The notes under the pieces were generated by a model. The model searched no databases. It was not told where the DNA came from and saw only the letters and a program-made list of their open reading frames with translations. A stretch of 64,000 nt of DNA from Malacoraja senta (taxonomy: Eukaryota). The stretch covers positions 5,458,001 through 5,522,000 of the forward strand of contig CM075993.1 of assembly GCA_038087875.1 (NCBI GenBank), written 5' to 3'. Both the position numbers and the translations under genes were made by a program. Positions 40,201-50,490 of this stretch are shown one piece after another. Position 1 is the stretch's first letter, and each line of letters begins with the position of its first letter.

Positions 40201-43200
40201 TTTTACTTGGGAGAGCTCTTGAATTAGCTCGTACAGTGGGACAGCCCCATAAGTCTTCTTTGAGTCTGATGAAGGGTCCCGATCCGAAACGTCATTTGTC
40301 CATTCCCTCCACAGACGCGACCTGACCTGCTGAGTTCCTCCAGCACTTTGTGTTTTGCTCAAGAATCGCGCACATGCAGTTCCTTGTGGCTCTCTTAAAT
40401 AGGGGGCGCATGATTCAGTTTGTAGGTGTAACGGAAACAAGACCAAGAGTCAAGAGAGAGTCAAGAGTGTTTTATTGTCTAAAGTCCCAGATAGAACAAT
40501 GAAATTCTATTGAAACAAGACCAAGACCCATCCCACCCACTCTATCTCCATCCTCTGATGTAGTCTTTCCTCATCTAAAATGCCAACCCTGCATTCAGAG
40601 CTGCATTATCTCCATGCTGTTTGAGAAATGTGGTTGTGTGTAAGTAGTGCCGGCATATTTAACTGCAGTAACCATGGTGGCTTTGCTTAAAAACAGATAC
40701 TTTTAGGATTTGGGGGAAATCCTGAGGTTGAGACACAAACAATGTGATATTTATGTCATCTTCCCACACAAGTGGTCAGATTGCCTGAGAGGAATCTTGA
40801 AGAATTTTTGAAGAGTTGCGAATAAGTAATGGAATAGAAGTTATATTTTGCCATGGGCTTTGATTACAGAGATGGCTTCTACATCCTGGCCTTGTTCTGG
40901 TATTGTAAAGTCTTTCAAAAGTCGAAAATGCTCAAATGTTCCTTCTAATTAATTCCTGGGCCGGAGGTCTCTGGGCTATCCTGAGAACGCATTAAATTCG
41001 AGCACTTTTATTTTGAGTGTGGTCCCAGTTCCTTTCCATGTTGCTGCCTGTTCTGACTTGCCCTTGTAATGCACCTTAATACAAGCAGCCTCTGGCACCT
41101 GTCTGCGGTGGCTGTATTGACTGGTGAACCACAGGTTGTTAGAGGGTGGAATAGCCCACAGATTGAGTCCTTAGATAGACACAAAGTGCTGGAGTAACTC
41201 AGCGGGTCAGGCAGCATCTCTGGAGGACAAGGATAACTGACGTTTCGGGTCGGGAACTTTCTCGAAGACAGTCTGAAGAAGTGTTCCAATCAGAAACATC
41301 ATCGATCCATTTTCTCCAGAGATGCTGCCTGACCCGCTGAGTAGCTCCAGCACTTTGTGTCTTTTCTTTCAAATTTTATTATGCCTCAACTACTTCCTCT
41401 GACAGTTTGTTCCATATACCCACCACTACGGAACATAAAACCGCCCCCTCCTCTGACATCAGTCTGAAGAAGGGTCTCGACCCGAAACGTCGCCCATTCC
41501 TTCTCTCCAGAGATGCTGCCTGTCCCGCTGAGTTACTCCAGCATTTTGTGTCTACCTTCGAAGATCTCAGAGAAAAGACCACATCTGGAGTATTGTGTAC
41601 AGTTTTGGTCTCCTAATTTGAGGAAGGACATCCTTGTGATTGAGGCAGTGCAGCGTAGGTTCACAAGGTTGATCCCTGGGATGGCGGGACTGTCATATGA
41701 GGAAAGATTGAAAAGACTAGGCTTGTATTCACTCGAGTTTAGAAGGATGAGGGGGGATCTTATAGATACATATAAAATTATAAAAGGACTGGACAAGCTA
41801 GATGCAGGAAAAATGTTCCCAATGTTGGGCGAGTCCAGAACCAGGGGCCACAGTCTTAGAATAAAGGGGAGGCCATTTAAGACTGAGGTGAGAAAACATG
41901 TTTTCACCCAGAGAGTTGTGAATTTGTGGAATTCCCTGCCACAGAGGGTAGTGGAGGCCAAATCACTGGATGGATTCAAGAGAGAGTTAGATAGAGCTCT
42001 AGGGGCTAGTGGAATCAAGGGATATGGGGAGAAGGCAGGCACGGGTTATTGATTGGGGACGATCAGCCATGATCGCAATGAATGGTGGTGCTGGCTCGAA
42101 GGGCCGAATGGCCTCCTCCTGCAGCCTATTTTCTATGTTTCTGTTTCTAAAACCCACTGGGAGAACTCCGTATAGACAGCACCTGTAGTCGGGATCGAAC
42201 CTGGGTCTCCGGCACTGCAAGCACTGTAAGGCAATTCTACCGCTGCGCCACCGTGCCTCCCTGACCCGCTGAGTTACTCCAGGACTTTGTGTCTCTCGTT
42301 TGTAAACCAGCATCTGCAGTTCCTCATGCCTGCTCCGTGCACGGAGGTTGCATGGAAGCTAAGCTGGAGATGGACACTGATAGCTGATACCCCATTCCGC
42401 TGTTTCCTATTCTGTTGCTCTCCAAGACAGCAGCTGTGGCCAGGGTAGTTTCTGCCACTTGGTAACCGCAGATGCTTCTAAAATTAAATGCATTTCATCT
42501 AAATTTATGCATTTATAAATTTGTATTGAGCTGGCAGCACTTCCATTGGAATTAAGTTTCAGAATGAATATAGCCATTGATTCTGTATTCCCCATTCTCA
42601 CATCCAGCGCAGCTGACCAGCAAATCTCCAGCCAGTAAACTTTAATTATATTGATTGAAGATACAGCATAGAAACATGCTGCTCAGCCCACCTTGTCCAT
42701 ACAGATCGTCAATCACCCATTCACACGACTATGTTATCCCACTTTGTCTCATCCATTCCCTACACATTATGTGGGAATTTACACGGTCCGATTAGCCTAA
42801 TACCCGCATGTCTTTGGGATGCGGGAGGAAACTGGAGCATCCAGAGAAAACCCACGCGGTTACAGGGAGAATGTGCAAACTCCACACAGAAAGCACCCGA
42901 CTGTGTGTCATTCAACTGAGAGTGCAAGGGCTGCTTGGCTTTCGAGTCTCATCTGAAACGCAGCACTGAGCTCCTCGGGTCCAATACACTCGGACTTTAG
43001 ACTTTAGCAATACAGTGTGGAAAACAGGCCCCGATTCCACGCTGACCAACAACCACCCCACACGCCAACCTACACACACTAAGGACAATTTCACAACTAA
43101 CCAAAGCCAATTCACCTACATAGCAGTACGTCTTTGGAGTGTGGGAGGAAACCGGAGCACCCAGCGAAAACCCACATGATCATAGGAAGAACTTTACAAA

Positions 43201-46200
43201 CTCCGTACAGACAGCACCCGTAGTCAGGATCGAACCCAGGTCTCTGGTGTTGTAAGGCAGCAACTCTACCGCTGCTCCACCGTGCCGCCCGAGATTAATT
43301 TGGATTTGATGCATAATTTTCCTAAATGCTATGGATACAATGTGAAGAATGCTTGTAGACATTATTCACTATTCATGCCTTCCGCACAGGACCTGGGATT
43401 TTAATCAAGTGCAGAGCCAAGAATTTTCCCCGGAATTCAAAAAAAATATTAGAGGCAAAGTCCTGCTTGAGGAAACAAGCGTTCTAGCAGCTGCAGGGAT
43501 AGGAAAATGGATGTGCATGGCATCTGACGTGTGCATGGATAGGAAAAGTTTAGGGTGCTGTGGGTCCACTCGCATATTTTCTGGAACTGTGTAAAGATAA
43601 GGCCATATTGGGAAAATGTTAATGCAGTTGTTAAAAATATCTTGGGTTATAAAATCCCAAATACCTGCCCTGTGCTGTATCTGGGCACATTAAAGATTTA
43701 GTAAAGATAGAAGATATATATTTTGCTTGCTGCAAGTAAGAAGGCCATTACCAGGCGGTAGCTTAATGGAAAAAGTCCAGAACAGGAACAGTGGTTTGAA
43801 ATTGTGCGAGACATCTTTAATATAGAGAAACTGACATATTCCTTGAGAGTCAAGGAGAATTCATTTGAGAAGATCTGGGGGAAATGGACCGTTTATTTGA
43901 GTCATGACACCAATTAGATAATTGCCGAATTAGATATGGGAAGATTGTGTTATATAGAATGAGATGGTATGTTTGTGTGAGTATTGAAATATCTCCAGAT
44001 AATGATCTGGATGATGGTGTGGAAAATTGGATAAGTAAGTATGCAGATGATACTAAGATAGGTGGTGTTGTGGATAATGAAGTAGATTTTCAAAGTCTAC
44101 AGAGAGATTTAGGCCATTTGGAAGAGTGGGCTGAAAGATGGCAGATGGAGTTTAATGCTGACAAATGTGAGGTGCTACATCTCGGCAGGACAAATCAAAA
44201 TAGGACGTACACGGTAAATGGTAGCGAATTGAGGAATGCAGTTGAACAGAGGGATCTAGGAATAACTGTGCATAGTTCCCTGAAGGTGGAATCTCATGTA
44301 GATAGGGTGGTGAAGAAAGCTTTTGGTGTGCTGGCCTTTATAAATCAGAGCATTGAATATAGAAGTTGGGATGTAATGTTAAAATTGTACAGGGCATTGG
44401 TGAGGCCAATTCTGGAGTGTGGAGTACAGTTTTGGTCGCCTAATTATAGGAAGGATGTCAACAAAATAGAGAGAGTACAGAGGAGATTTACTAGAATGTT
44501 GCCTGGGTTTCAGCAACTAAGTTACAGAGAAAGGTTGAACAAGTTAGGTCTTTATTCTTTGGAGCGCAGAAGGTTAAGAGGGGACTTGATAGAGGTCTTT
44601 AAAATTATGAGCGGGTTAGACAGAGTGGACGTGGATAAGCTTTTCCCATTGAGAGTAGGGAAGATTCAAACAAGGGGACATGACTTGAGAATTAAGGGAC
44701 AGAAGTTTAGGGGTAACATTAGGGGGAACTTCTTTACTCAGAGACTGTGTGGAATGAGCTTCCAGTGGAAGTGGTGGAGGCAGGTTCGATGTTATCCTTT
44801 AAAAATAGATTGGATGGGTATATGGACGGGAAAGGAATGGAGGGTTATGGTCTGAGTGCAGGTAGATGGGACTGGGGGGAAGTATTTATTTTTAATTTTT
44901 AAAGAAATTTAAAAAAATGTTCGGCACGGACTTGAAGGGCCGAGATGGCCTGTTTCCGTGCTGTTATGGTTATATGGTTATATATATAACGAATCAATGT
45001 AACATTTTTTTTTATTTGGTAAGTGAACCACATGGTCTTATTCCATTTTTTAGATGTATTTACTTATTTTTTCCCCCTATTTATTATTTTTTTTATTTTG
45101 ATTGTTGTTTTTCTTATTTTGTTTTATTTATGGTGATGGTGTTGCACTGTTTTGTATATCTCTCTGAAAAATCAATAAAAATGTAAGTGGAAAAAATTAA
45201 AAGAGTTCTGTGGGTCAAACACAGTTAAATGGGACACAGCATGGATGAGGCCTCTTGGGCAGCACAGATGAGTGGGACACAAGTTCACAGGTTATAGGAG
45301 TAGAATTCGGCCATTCGGCCCATCTAGTCCACTCCGCCATTCAATCATGGCTGATCTCTGCCTTCTAATCCCATTTTTCTGCTTTCTCCCCGTAACGGGA
45401 GGGCCTGTTTCCATGCCGTCTGACTCATAGGAGGATTTGTAGACAATAGACAATAGGTCTGGAGTAGGCCATTCGGCCCATCGAGCCAGCACAGCATTTG
45501 TACACCAGATGCAGAAGCTAAAGGCCAGCATCTAACTTCACATAACAACACTGGTCCCTCAGACAGATGTGAAACTCAGTTATTTTTTTGGGTTGTAAAA
45601 GTGATTTGTGGATGTCTCATTAACTTAATGGAATGTGTGGCTGAACTTTAAACCATTGTTCGTGTCCTACTGATACATTTCGCTGACATTTATTTTGCAA
45701 GTTTGCAGAGAATCCGCTTAGACACAGGGTCATAAATGACAATGTGAGGCTGTTAGTCAAAAAGCTAAGGCAGATTTCACACAAGAACATAAGAAACAGG
45801 AGCTGAAGTAGCCAGCTTGCCCCTCGAGCCTGCCCTATCATTCAATAATATTGTGCTCATCCTGGCCCCAACACCCCTTTCCCACTCTCTCCCTATCCCC
45901 TCTCCACTCCCTTGTAGTTTCATGTTTGCCATTCTCCACCTTGGATGCACATTCCCATCCACCTCATTGTAGCCCTTGCACTTTTTTAAATCTGCACTTT
46001 TGCTGCAGCTATAACATTAAATGACAGTGGCGCAGCGGCAGAGTTGCTGCCTTACAGCGCCATCGTAGTCAGGTTCCATCCTGACGACGGTGCTGTCTGT
46101 ACGGAGTTTGTACGTTCTCCACGTGACCACGTGGGTTTTTTCTGGGTGCTCTAGTTTCCTCCCACACTCCAAAGACGTGCAGGTTTGTAAGTTAATTGGC

Positions 46201-48861
46201 TCTGTAAATCCTTGGTGTGTGGGATAGAATTAGCGTCCCGTATTTGACTGCTACTACTCGGGTCGAGGGGACTGTCGGGTCGGAGCGCCGCGTCCGGCCC
46301 CGCCTCACCCGTCCCGACGTAGTGCAGCCAATGGAGTGCAGCAGCAGCAGCAGCAGCGCCTCGCCTGTGGCCCCGTCGATCGGTCGGCAGCCCGGCCAGC
46401 TGTCCGACCTTCGGACCTTCGCTTACCGCCGTCACCACCACCTTCTCACGGCCGATCATCGGTTCATGAGTTGGACGGGGTGCCGGACTTTGCGCGCGGC
46501 CCGGTCCAAAACTCCTCAGCTGGCCCCGCCGGCTGGGCTTTGTGTGCAGTCCAGCACCCGGGCCAACTCATCATTCACCCAACCAGCCACGGCTGAATCG
46601 GTCAACGAATTGCCGTGGGGAATTTGTCCCTTATTTTGACCTTTTGTCCCTTATTTGGGAGTGAGAAAGTTGGCGACTCTAAGTGCACGTGACAATAATA
46701 AGCCAATATCAATGTCCACAAGTTATAGGGGTAGAATTAGGCCATTCGGCCCAGCGAGTCTACACCGATTCTGCTGCCACAGCTTGTTGGGTTAAGGGTT
46801 CGCAGCCCTGTTCACCTCCATCTGCAATGAGTGAATCCTTATTCTGAAACAATGCTGCCAAGTTATAGATACTCAGTGGTAAATGTTCCTTTCGCATCCA
46901 CCTCAGCTCCATGTAGGATCAACAAGCCCACATTACATTCTTCTAAACTCCAACAAGTGTCGGCCCAACCTGCTCAACTATTCAGTTTGGGACTCCTCCA
47001 TTTCAATGAGGCCGCTGCACATCATTTCAGAGATATTGCCCTGAACTTCCACACTTGGAGGATCCTTCGAATCCTCACTGTCTGGATCAAATAAATGCAA
47101 TAACATTCACGTAGTGACGCAAATCAGGCAAAAATCCCAAGGTCCACCAACGAGATGTATGGAAAGGTTGACATTGGGTCAGGTAAAGGGGAGTTACAGT
47201 GGGGTGCATCTGAACGATTGGAGATATTGAAGTACTGCGTAGGACCTCAGGATCTGAAGGCACATCAGCCAGTGATGGAGCGATGGGAATTGCGGAAGTC
47301 CAAGAGGCAGAATGGTGGAGAGTAGGGATCCTAGTGGGGCCGAGCGGGTAGTAAAGGGGAGCACGTGGATGTGAAGCCCGGAATGGGCACCTCTGGGAGA
47401 AACAGGAGAGATGGCAGTTCCACGTGCAGCTTTGAACAACGTTCTGCTTGGTCATTGGGTTGCAATGTGCTGACGCTACACTGCTGCCACAGTTAGCTGA
47501 ATGCAGAGTTTCTAATTTAATACTTTAATCTCTCTCTTTGGCAGTGTCTGGAGATTCAGACCTTTCTGTACGGTTCACAGCACAAAAAGACCAGAGCCAC
47601 TCAACAAACTGTCCAGCTCTTGTCCAAGTAAGTGATGCCTCAGTGACCAGCAGATCAATGACTCGGGCTGCCCGAGGCCATTAGGAACTCTCTAGAGAAC
47701 TGCCACACTGACCCCGCTTTAACTCTTGCCTTGCCACAACACCAGTAAGGTGTAGTGGTAATGTGGGCTTGGTTAGTTTGGTGTCAATTCAGGGAGAGAG
47801 GGAGAGAGAGAGTCTCATGCACACTCATACTCACACTCTCACACACACACTCTCACACACACACTCATACTCACACTCTCATACTCACACTCACACTTAC
47901 ACTCTCATACCAACTCACACACTCTCACACCCACTCACACACTCATACACTCACTCATACACACGCTCACTCACACCCACTCACACACACTCTCTCACAC
48001 CCACTCACACACACACTCTCACATACTCACACTCTCATACTCACACACACACTCACACACACACTCCCACACTCACTCATACACACGCTCACTCACACAC
48101 ACTCGTACACACTCTCTCACACACACACACACTCATACACACACACACACTCACACACACACTCCCACACACTCACACTCACACACTCACACTCACACAC
48201 ACTCACACACACACTTGTACACACGCTCTCTCACACACGCTCTCACACACACACACTCACACACACACTCACTCACACACACTCGTACACACTCTCTCAC
48301 ACACACACTCACATACTCACACTCTCATACTCACACACACACTCACACACACACTCACACACTCACTCACACACACACACACTCATGCACACACTCATAC
48401 ACACACACACACACACACACTCATGCACACACACTCACACTCACACTCTCACACACACACACTCACACTCTCACACACACACTCACACTCATACACACAC
48501 ACACTCATACTCACACTCACACACTCACACACACACTCATGCACACACTCTCACACACACACTCACACACTCTCTCACCCACACACACACTCTCACACAC
48601 ACACTCTCACACACACTCTCACCCATACACACACTCCCACACACACACACACTCACACGCACACACTCTCACATACGTTTGCTCTCGGCAGCAACATTGA
48701 GAACGTTGTATTAACTGCTTGTTGGTATTTTCAACAGGTCTCCCGAACTGCTGGCCGAAGGGCGGACTGCAGCAGACCATTTGAAGCAGAGACCTCTATT
48801 CTGTGCTGTGATACCAAAGCATAGTATATCGGGTGGTACCAAAGGAAATGTCTATGACTGA
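13189..48861 (+). CDS. TTC23: Tetratricopeptide repeat protein 23, spliced gene, 11 coding exons, about 474 aa
   Basis: Exons join in frame (1425 nt) and align by eye along human TTC23 ([46 protein letters not shown]). Position tail-to-tail with SYNM favours TTC23 over TTC23L. Confidence 0.92.
13640..13820 (+). mobile_element. HE1/V-SINE-type tRNA-derived SINE
   Basis: B-box gggttcaatcc followed by the core gagtttgtacgttctccccgtgacc. Confidence 0.8.
13821..14490. mobile_element. Cluster of CR1 3' ends (two tandem on -, one on +)
   Basis: (CATAGAAA)n tail; duplicated ggtgcaggagtaggccattcggccc blocks; + strand copy at about 14258-14490. Confidence 0.8.
14580..14757 (+). CDS. TTC23: TTC23 exon 2
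   Basis: ctcttccag| acceptor; encodes ...[22 protein letters not shown] (human PPREKLHLCEEKAKSYSNSHE); donor AAG|GTAGGA. 5' boundary uncertain. Confidence 0.85.
15300..15575 (+). mobile_element. Penelope-like element 3' end
   Basis: [21 protein letters not shown] end of the GIY-YIG domain, then terminal repeat with a hammerhead core at 15480. Confidence 0.8.
15833..15956 (+). CDS. TTC23: TTC23 exon 3
   Basis: ttctttctccag| acceptor; [44 protein letters not shown] donor AAG|GCAGGT. Confidence 0.92.
16320..16745 (-). mobile_element. CR1 LINE 3' fragment
   Basis: Typical CR1 ORF2 end and 3' UTR in reverse orientation. Confidence 0.75.
17398..17827 (-). mobile_element. Tc1/mariner right end (IR/DR type)
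   Basis: Terminus CAGTGCCCTCCATAATGTTTGGG with an inner direct repeat at about 17605; highly similar to 22614-23044. Confidence 0.85.
18172..18362 (+). mobile_element. Penelope-derived element with inverted 5' piece and 14-bp TSD
   Basis: ccattaataaatgg at 18158-18171 and 18363-18376; hammerhead core at 18228. Confidence 0.8.
18948..19482 (-). mobile_element. Young CR1 LINE 3' fragment
   Basis: ORF2 C-terminus ...[13 protein letters not shown]; (CATAGAAA)n tail; almost identical to 9790-9976. Confidence 0.92.
19678..19940 (+). mobile_element. HE1/V-SINE-type tRNA-derived SINE
   Basis: A-box ggtggcgcagcggtagag, B-box gggttcgatccc, V-domain-like core. Confidence 0.88.
20149..20305 (+). CDS. 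TTC23: TTC23 exon 4
   Basis: tcccacag| acceptor; (G)[21 protein letters not shown]...[13 protein letters not shown]; followed by the U12 donor ATATCCTTT. Confidence 0.92.
20605..21150 (+). mobile_element. Penelope-like element 3' fragment
   Basis: [44 protein letters not shown] (GIY-YIG C-terminal part); hammerhead core at 21025. Confidence 0.85.
21405..22107 (+). repeat. 68-bp minisatellite derived from the Penelope terminal repeat
   Basis: Unit starts at 21801, 21869, 21937, 22005, 22073 (68-bp period) and at 21419, 21485, 21553. An inverted Penelope piece at about 21636-21790 separates the two blocks. Confidence 0.9.
22614..23075 (-). mobile_element. Tc1/mariner right end with transposase C-terminus
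   Basis: ORF 22869-23090 contains PDLNPIE...AW..I...LV.SM..RL.AV...KGYATKY; IR/DR repeats ccataatgtttgggaca. Confidence 0.9.
23184..23309 (+). CDS. TTC23: TTC23 exon 5
   Basis: (N)[41 protein letters not shown] (human FKEAAENLTKAERLSKELL...); donor AG|GTAAAC. Confidence 0.9.
23439..23953 (+). mobile_element. HE1-type SINE interrupted by a MITE
   Basis: tRNA-like head split at TTA; 3' tail gggcctgtttccgcgctgtatctc..aactaaac. Confidence 0.88.
23476..23676. mobile_element. PIF/Harbinger-type MITE
   Basis: TIRs AGAGCCTGTCCCACTT / AAGTGGGACAGGCCCT; TTA duplicated relative to uninterrupted SINE copies. Confidence 0.88.
24410..24750 (+). mobile_element. CR1 LINE 3' fragment
   Basis: [29 protein letters not shown] plus 3' UTR. 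Confidence 0.85.
27430..27715 (+). mobile_element. CR1 LINE 3' fragment
   Basis: [18 protein letters not shown]...GYG.KAGTGY; (CTATTGT)n tail. Confidence 0.85.
28221..28499. mobile_element. PIF/Harbinger-type MITE
   Basis: TIRs AGCCCCTGTCCTACGATG / CATCGTGGGACAGAGGCT flanked by TTA/TAA. Confidence 0.75.
29182..29359 (+). CDS. TTC23: TTC23 exon 6
   Basis: tttctccag| acceptor; (R)[59 protein letters not shown] (TPR-like); donor CAG|GTAGGT. Confidence 0.93.
29700..30378 (+). mobile_element. HE1-type SINE interrupted by an RTE-derived element
   Basis: SINE body at 29700-29907 resumes at 30278 and ends in a (TAAAC)n tail. Confidence 0.85.
29908..30277 (-). mobile_element. Non-autonomous bipartite RTE-derived retroposon
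   Basis: RTE-type 5' UTR (ccttgtcgtgg...gagctatgcc...cccatg..ggacaggtc) fused to an RTE 3' end with a (TAAG)n tail; 10-bp TSD tagtgcgtgt; second copy at 36005-36363. Confidence 0.8.
31110..31575 (+). mobile_element. Penelope-like element: GIY-YIG endonuclease fragment and terminal repeat
   Basis: ORF 31107-31379 [23 protein letters not shown]...GLNIDFSNF; hammerhead core at 31478. Confidence 0.9.
31598..32117. mobile_element. PIF/Harbinger-type MITE
   Basis: TIRs AGGGACTGTCCCACTTGGGCG / CGCCCAAGTGGGACAGGGGCT; TAA TSD on both sides. Confidence 0.88.
33381..33682 (-). mobile_element. L2-clade LINE 3' end
   Basis: [36 protein letters not shown]; (CTTGA)n tail; sister of 61331-61860. Confidence 0.8.
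35190..35295 (+). CDS. TTC23: TTC23 exon 7
   Basis: gtttcccag| acceptor; [35 protein letters not shown] (human AHLIILSRSPS...SGRHEHH); donor G|GTAAAC. Confidence 0.92.
36005..36363 (-). mobile_element. Non-autonomous bipartite RTE-derived retroposon, copy 2
   Basis: Colinear and highly similar to 29908-30277, with the same 5' end. Confidence 0.8.
36776..36903 (+). CDS. TTC23: TTC23 exon 8
   Basis: ccttactgcag| acceptor; (D)[42 protein letters not shown]; donor CAG|GTAAGG. Confidence 0.93.
37930..38280 (+). mobile_element. CR1 LINE 3' fragment
   Basis: [28 protein letters not shown]...LWNSLP plus 3' UTR. Confidence 0.85.
38413..38562 (+). CDS. TTC23: TTC23 exon 9
   Basis: ctgttgcag| acceptor; [50 protein letters not shown]; donor AAA|GTAAGT. 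Confidence 0.95.
38620..39250 (+). mobile_element. Three stacked CR1 3' ends
   Basis: gggatatgg.gagaa.gcaggaacgggg block repeated three times, with tails. Confidence 0.8.
39932..40249. mobile_element. PIF/Harbinger-type MITE
   Basis: TIRs TGGGCCTGTCCCACTGTACG / CGTACAGTGGGACAGCCCCA; interior related to the 28221 and 55637 copies. Confidence 0.8.
41575..42148 (+). mobile_element. CR1 LINE 3' fragment
   Basis: [16 protein letters not shown]...[13 protein letters not shown]. Confidence 0.92.
43000..43290 (-). mobile_element. HE1-type SINE
   Basis: Reverse-complement tRNA-like head at about 43215-43290 plus core. Confidence 0.8.
43571..45200 (+). mobile_element. L1/Tx1-clade LINE 3' end, interrupted by CR1
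   Basis: [13 protein letters not shown]...[12 protein letters not shown]...IEKLTYSLR...FEKIWGKW at 43573-43916; T-rich 3' UTR ending AATAAA plus an A-rich tail at about 45173-45200. Confidence 0.7.
44000..44985 (+). mobile_element. CR1 LINE (second subfamily) RT and 3' fragment
   Basis: [22 protein letters not shown]...; (TATGGTTA)n tail; sister of 50804-51355. Confidence 0.92.
46025..46230 (+). mobile_element. HE1-type SINE
   Basis: gtggcgcagcggcagagttgctgccttacagcgcc head plus core. Confidence 0.8.
46233..46681. mobile_element. Probable hAT-type non-autonomous DNA transposon, one end
   Basis: Ends GTTGGCGACTCTA (like the reverse complement of TAGGGTTGCCAAC) with subterminal tgtcccttattt repeats; CpG-rich. 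Confidence 0.55.
47545..47627 (+). CDS. TTC23: TTC23 exon 10
   Basis: ctctctttggcag| acceptor; [27 protein letters not shown] (human CLQIQTLLYGPQDKRTLATQQ); donor AA|GTAAGT. Confidence 0.95.
47818..48673 (+). repeat. Complex (CA)n/(CACT)n/(CT)n microsatellite
   Basis: About 850 bp of almost G-free A/C/T repeats in the last TTC23 intron. Confidence 0.97.
48738..48861 (+). CDS. TTC23: TTC23 last coding exon
   Basis: attttcaacag| acceptor; (K)[40 protein letters not shown] (human ...VAFCTSIP). Confidence 0.85.
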
Positions 48862-49413
48862 CTGATGTACTGACTGACGATGGGCACTGCCCAGCTCTGG
48901 GACTCTCCATCTCAATATCACAATGAAAATACAGAACCATCACAGTGCATTGAACATGTCGTGAATTTTTCCTCGCATCCTCCTGTGTCTTTTGTCCACC
49001 TCTTTGACTCTGTGTCCAGTGGCCTTCAACCCATCTGATAAATGGAACATCTGGAATTGGAACAGCCTCGTTCTACAAACTCCTCAGCTGGCCCGCCCGC
49101 TGGGCTTTTGAGCACCTGTTATGATCTTGTGCATGTTCTTAATTCATTCAAACTATTTTTATTATCTTGAACTTATATTTTTAAGGCCTTTGAATTGTTT
49201 TTTTTATTACACCAATGAGCTTAATGTACAACCTAAAGGTTTGCAGTGAAAGAATTATAAACGGAAGCTTGGTTAGAGTTTTCATGTCCTGTGGAGCCAT
49301 GTCTTGCAGTCCCTGTTGTCCTGGGTATAGTTTGCTGGGAATTTTTGGAATTCTGAATCTCCTAACAAGTTTTTAATGTTAGTTTGGCTCTATTTTATTG
49401 CATTCTAATTTTT

Positions 49414-49419
49414 AATAAA
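49414..49419 (+). terminator. Probable TTC23 polyadenylation signal
   Basis: First AATAAA seen after the stop codon (about 550 nt downstream), followed by GT-rich sequence. Confidence 0.6.
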
Positions 49420-49535
49420 ATATAATTTATGAATGATGTATATGTGGTTAGTATATTGTATCTTGGGCTGAGTGTCCAGTTGAATGTACTGTGGGTTATA
49501 TTAGCTATAAGCCTATTACATGGAGTAGAAGAGTT

Positions 49536-50078
49536 GGGCGGTCACGGTGGCTCAGCGGTAGAGTTGCTGCCTTACAGCGAATGCAGCGCTGGAGACCCGG
49601 GTTCGATCCTGACGTCGGGTGCTGTCTGTACGGAGTTTGCACGTTCTCCCTGTGACCTGCGTGGGTTTTCTCCGAGATCTTCGGTTTCCTCCCACACTCC
49701 AAAGACGTACAGGTTTGTAGGTTAATTGGCTTGGTAAATGTAAAAATTGTCCCTAGTGGGTGTAGGATACTGTTAAGGGGCCTGTCCCACTTTCACGACC
49801 TAATTCAAGACCTCTGCCGAGTTTGCCCTTGACTCATACTCGCAGCATGGCCGTCACGAGGTCGTAGGAGGTCGTAGGTAGGCCGTGATGCTAGTCGTAG
49901 GTACTCGTGGCATCAAGTAGGTCGGGGCGTTTTTTCTAGCCTGATGAAAAATGTCCACGAGTAAAAAAGGACTTGAATTAGGTCGTGAAAGTGGGACAGG
50001 CCCTTTAGTGTGTGTGGTCAGCGCGGACCCGGTGGGCCGAAGGGCCTGTTTCCGCGCTGTATCTCTAAACTAAACTAA
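49536..50078 (+). mobile_element. HE1-type SINE interrupted by a MITE
   Basis: Full head, core and (TAAAC)n tail. Confidence 0.88.
49776..50004. mobile_element. PIF/Harbinger-type MITE
   Basis: TIRs AGGGGCCTGTCCCACTTTCACGACCTAATTCAAG / CTTGAATTAGGTCGTGAAAGTGGGACAGGCCCT; TTA TSD. Confidence 0.9.
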
Positions 50079-50476
50079 GATGCCTGGAATGCACAGCCAT
50101 GGTTGGTGGTGGAGGCAGGCACAATAGTGGTGTTTAAGAGGCTTTTAGATAGGCCCATGGATATGCAGGATATGGGTCACCTACCAGCACAGAAGATTAG
50201 TTTAACCTGACATCACGTTCAGCATGTACATGGCGGGATGAGAGGCGTGTTCCTGTGCTGCTATGCTCAATGTTCAATACTCTGTAAAATTCTTAGGCGT
50301 CTGCCGTCCATTCAGAACTGACCTGGTGAAACTTAAATTGCTATAACCTTGCAGTAAATTCAAGCGAGGAATATCCCACAAGAGCCATGGTGCAGCCCCT
50401 GTGGGGAATGTCCAGGATGGGTGCAGGGAGCAGCTGGGGCATTTTAGTTACGATTCGCCATGTTTTTGAAGCCAGC

Positions 50477-50490
50477 GTTTCCATAGTAAC
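50477..50490. promoter_or_regulatory. Consensus RFX X-box
   Basis: GTTTCCATAGTAAC fits GTHNYY-AT-RRNAAC exactly; lies in apparently unique sequence between the two gene ends. Confidence 0.4.

Noticed and set aside
47755..48824. Long His/Thr-rich ORFs (319, 353 and 161 aa)
   Set aside because: Artefacts of a stop-free CA/CT microsatellite inside an intron.
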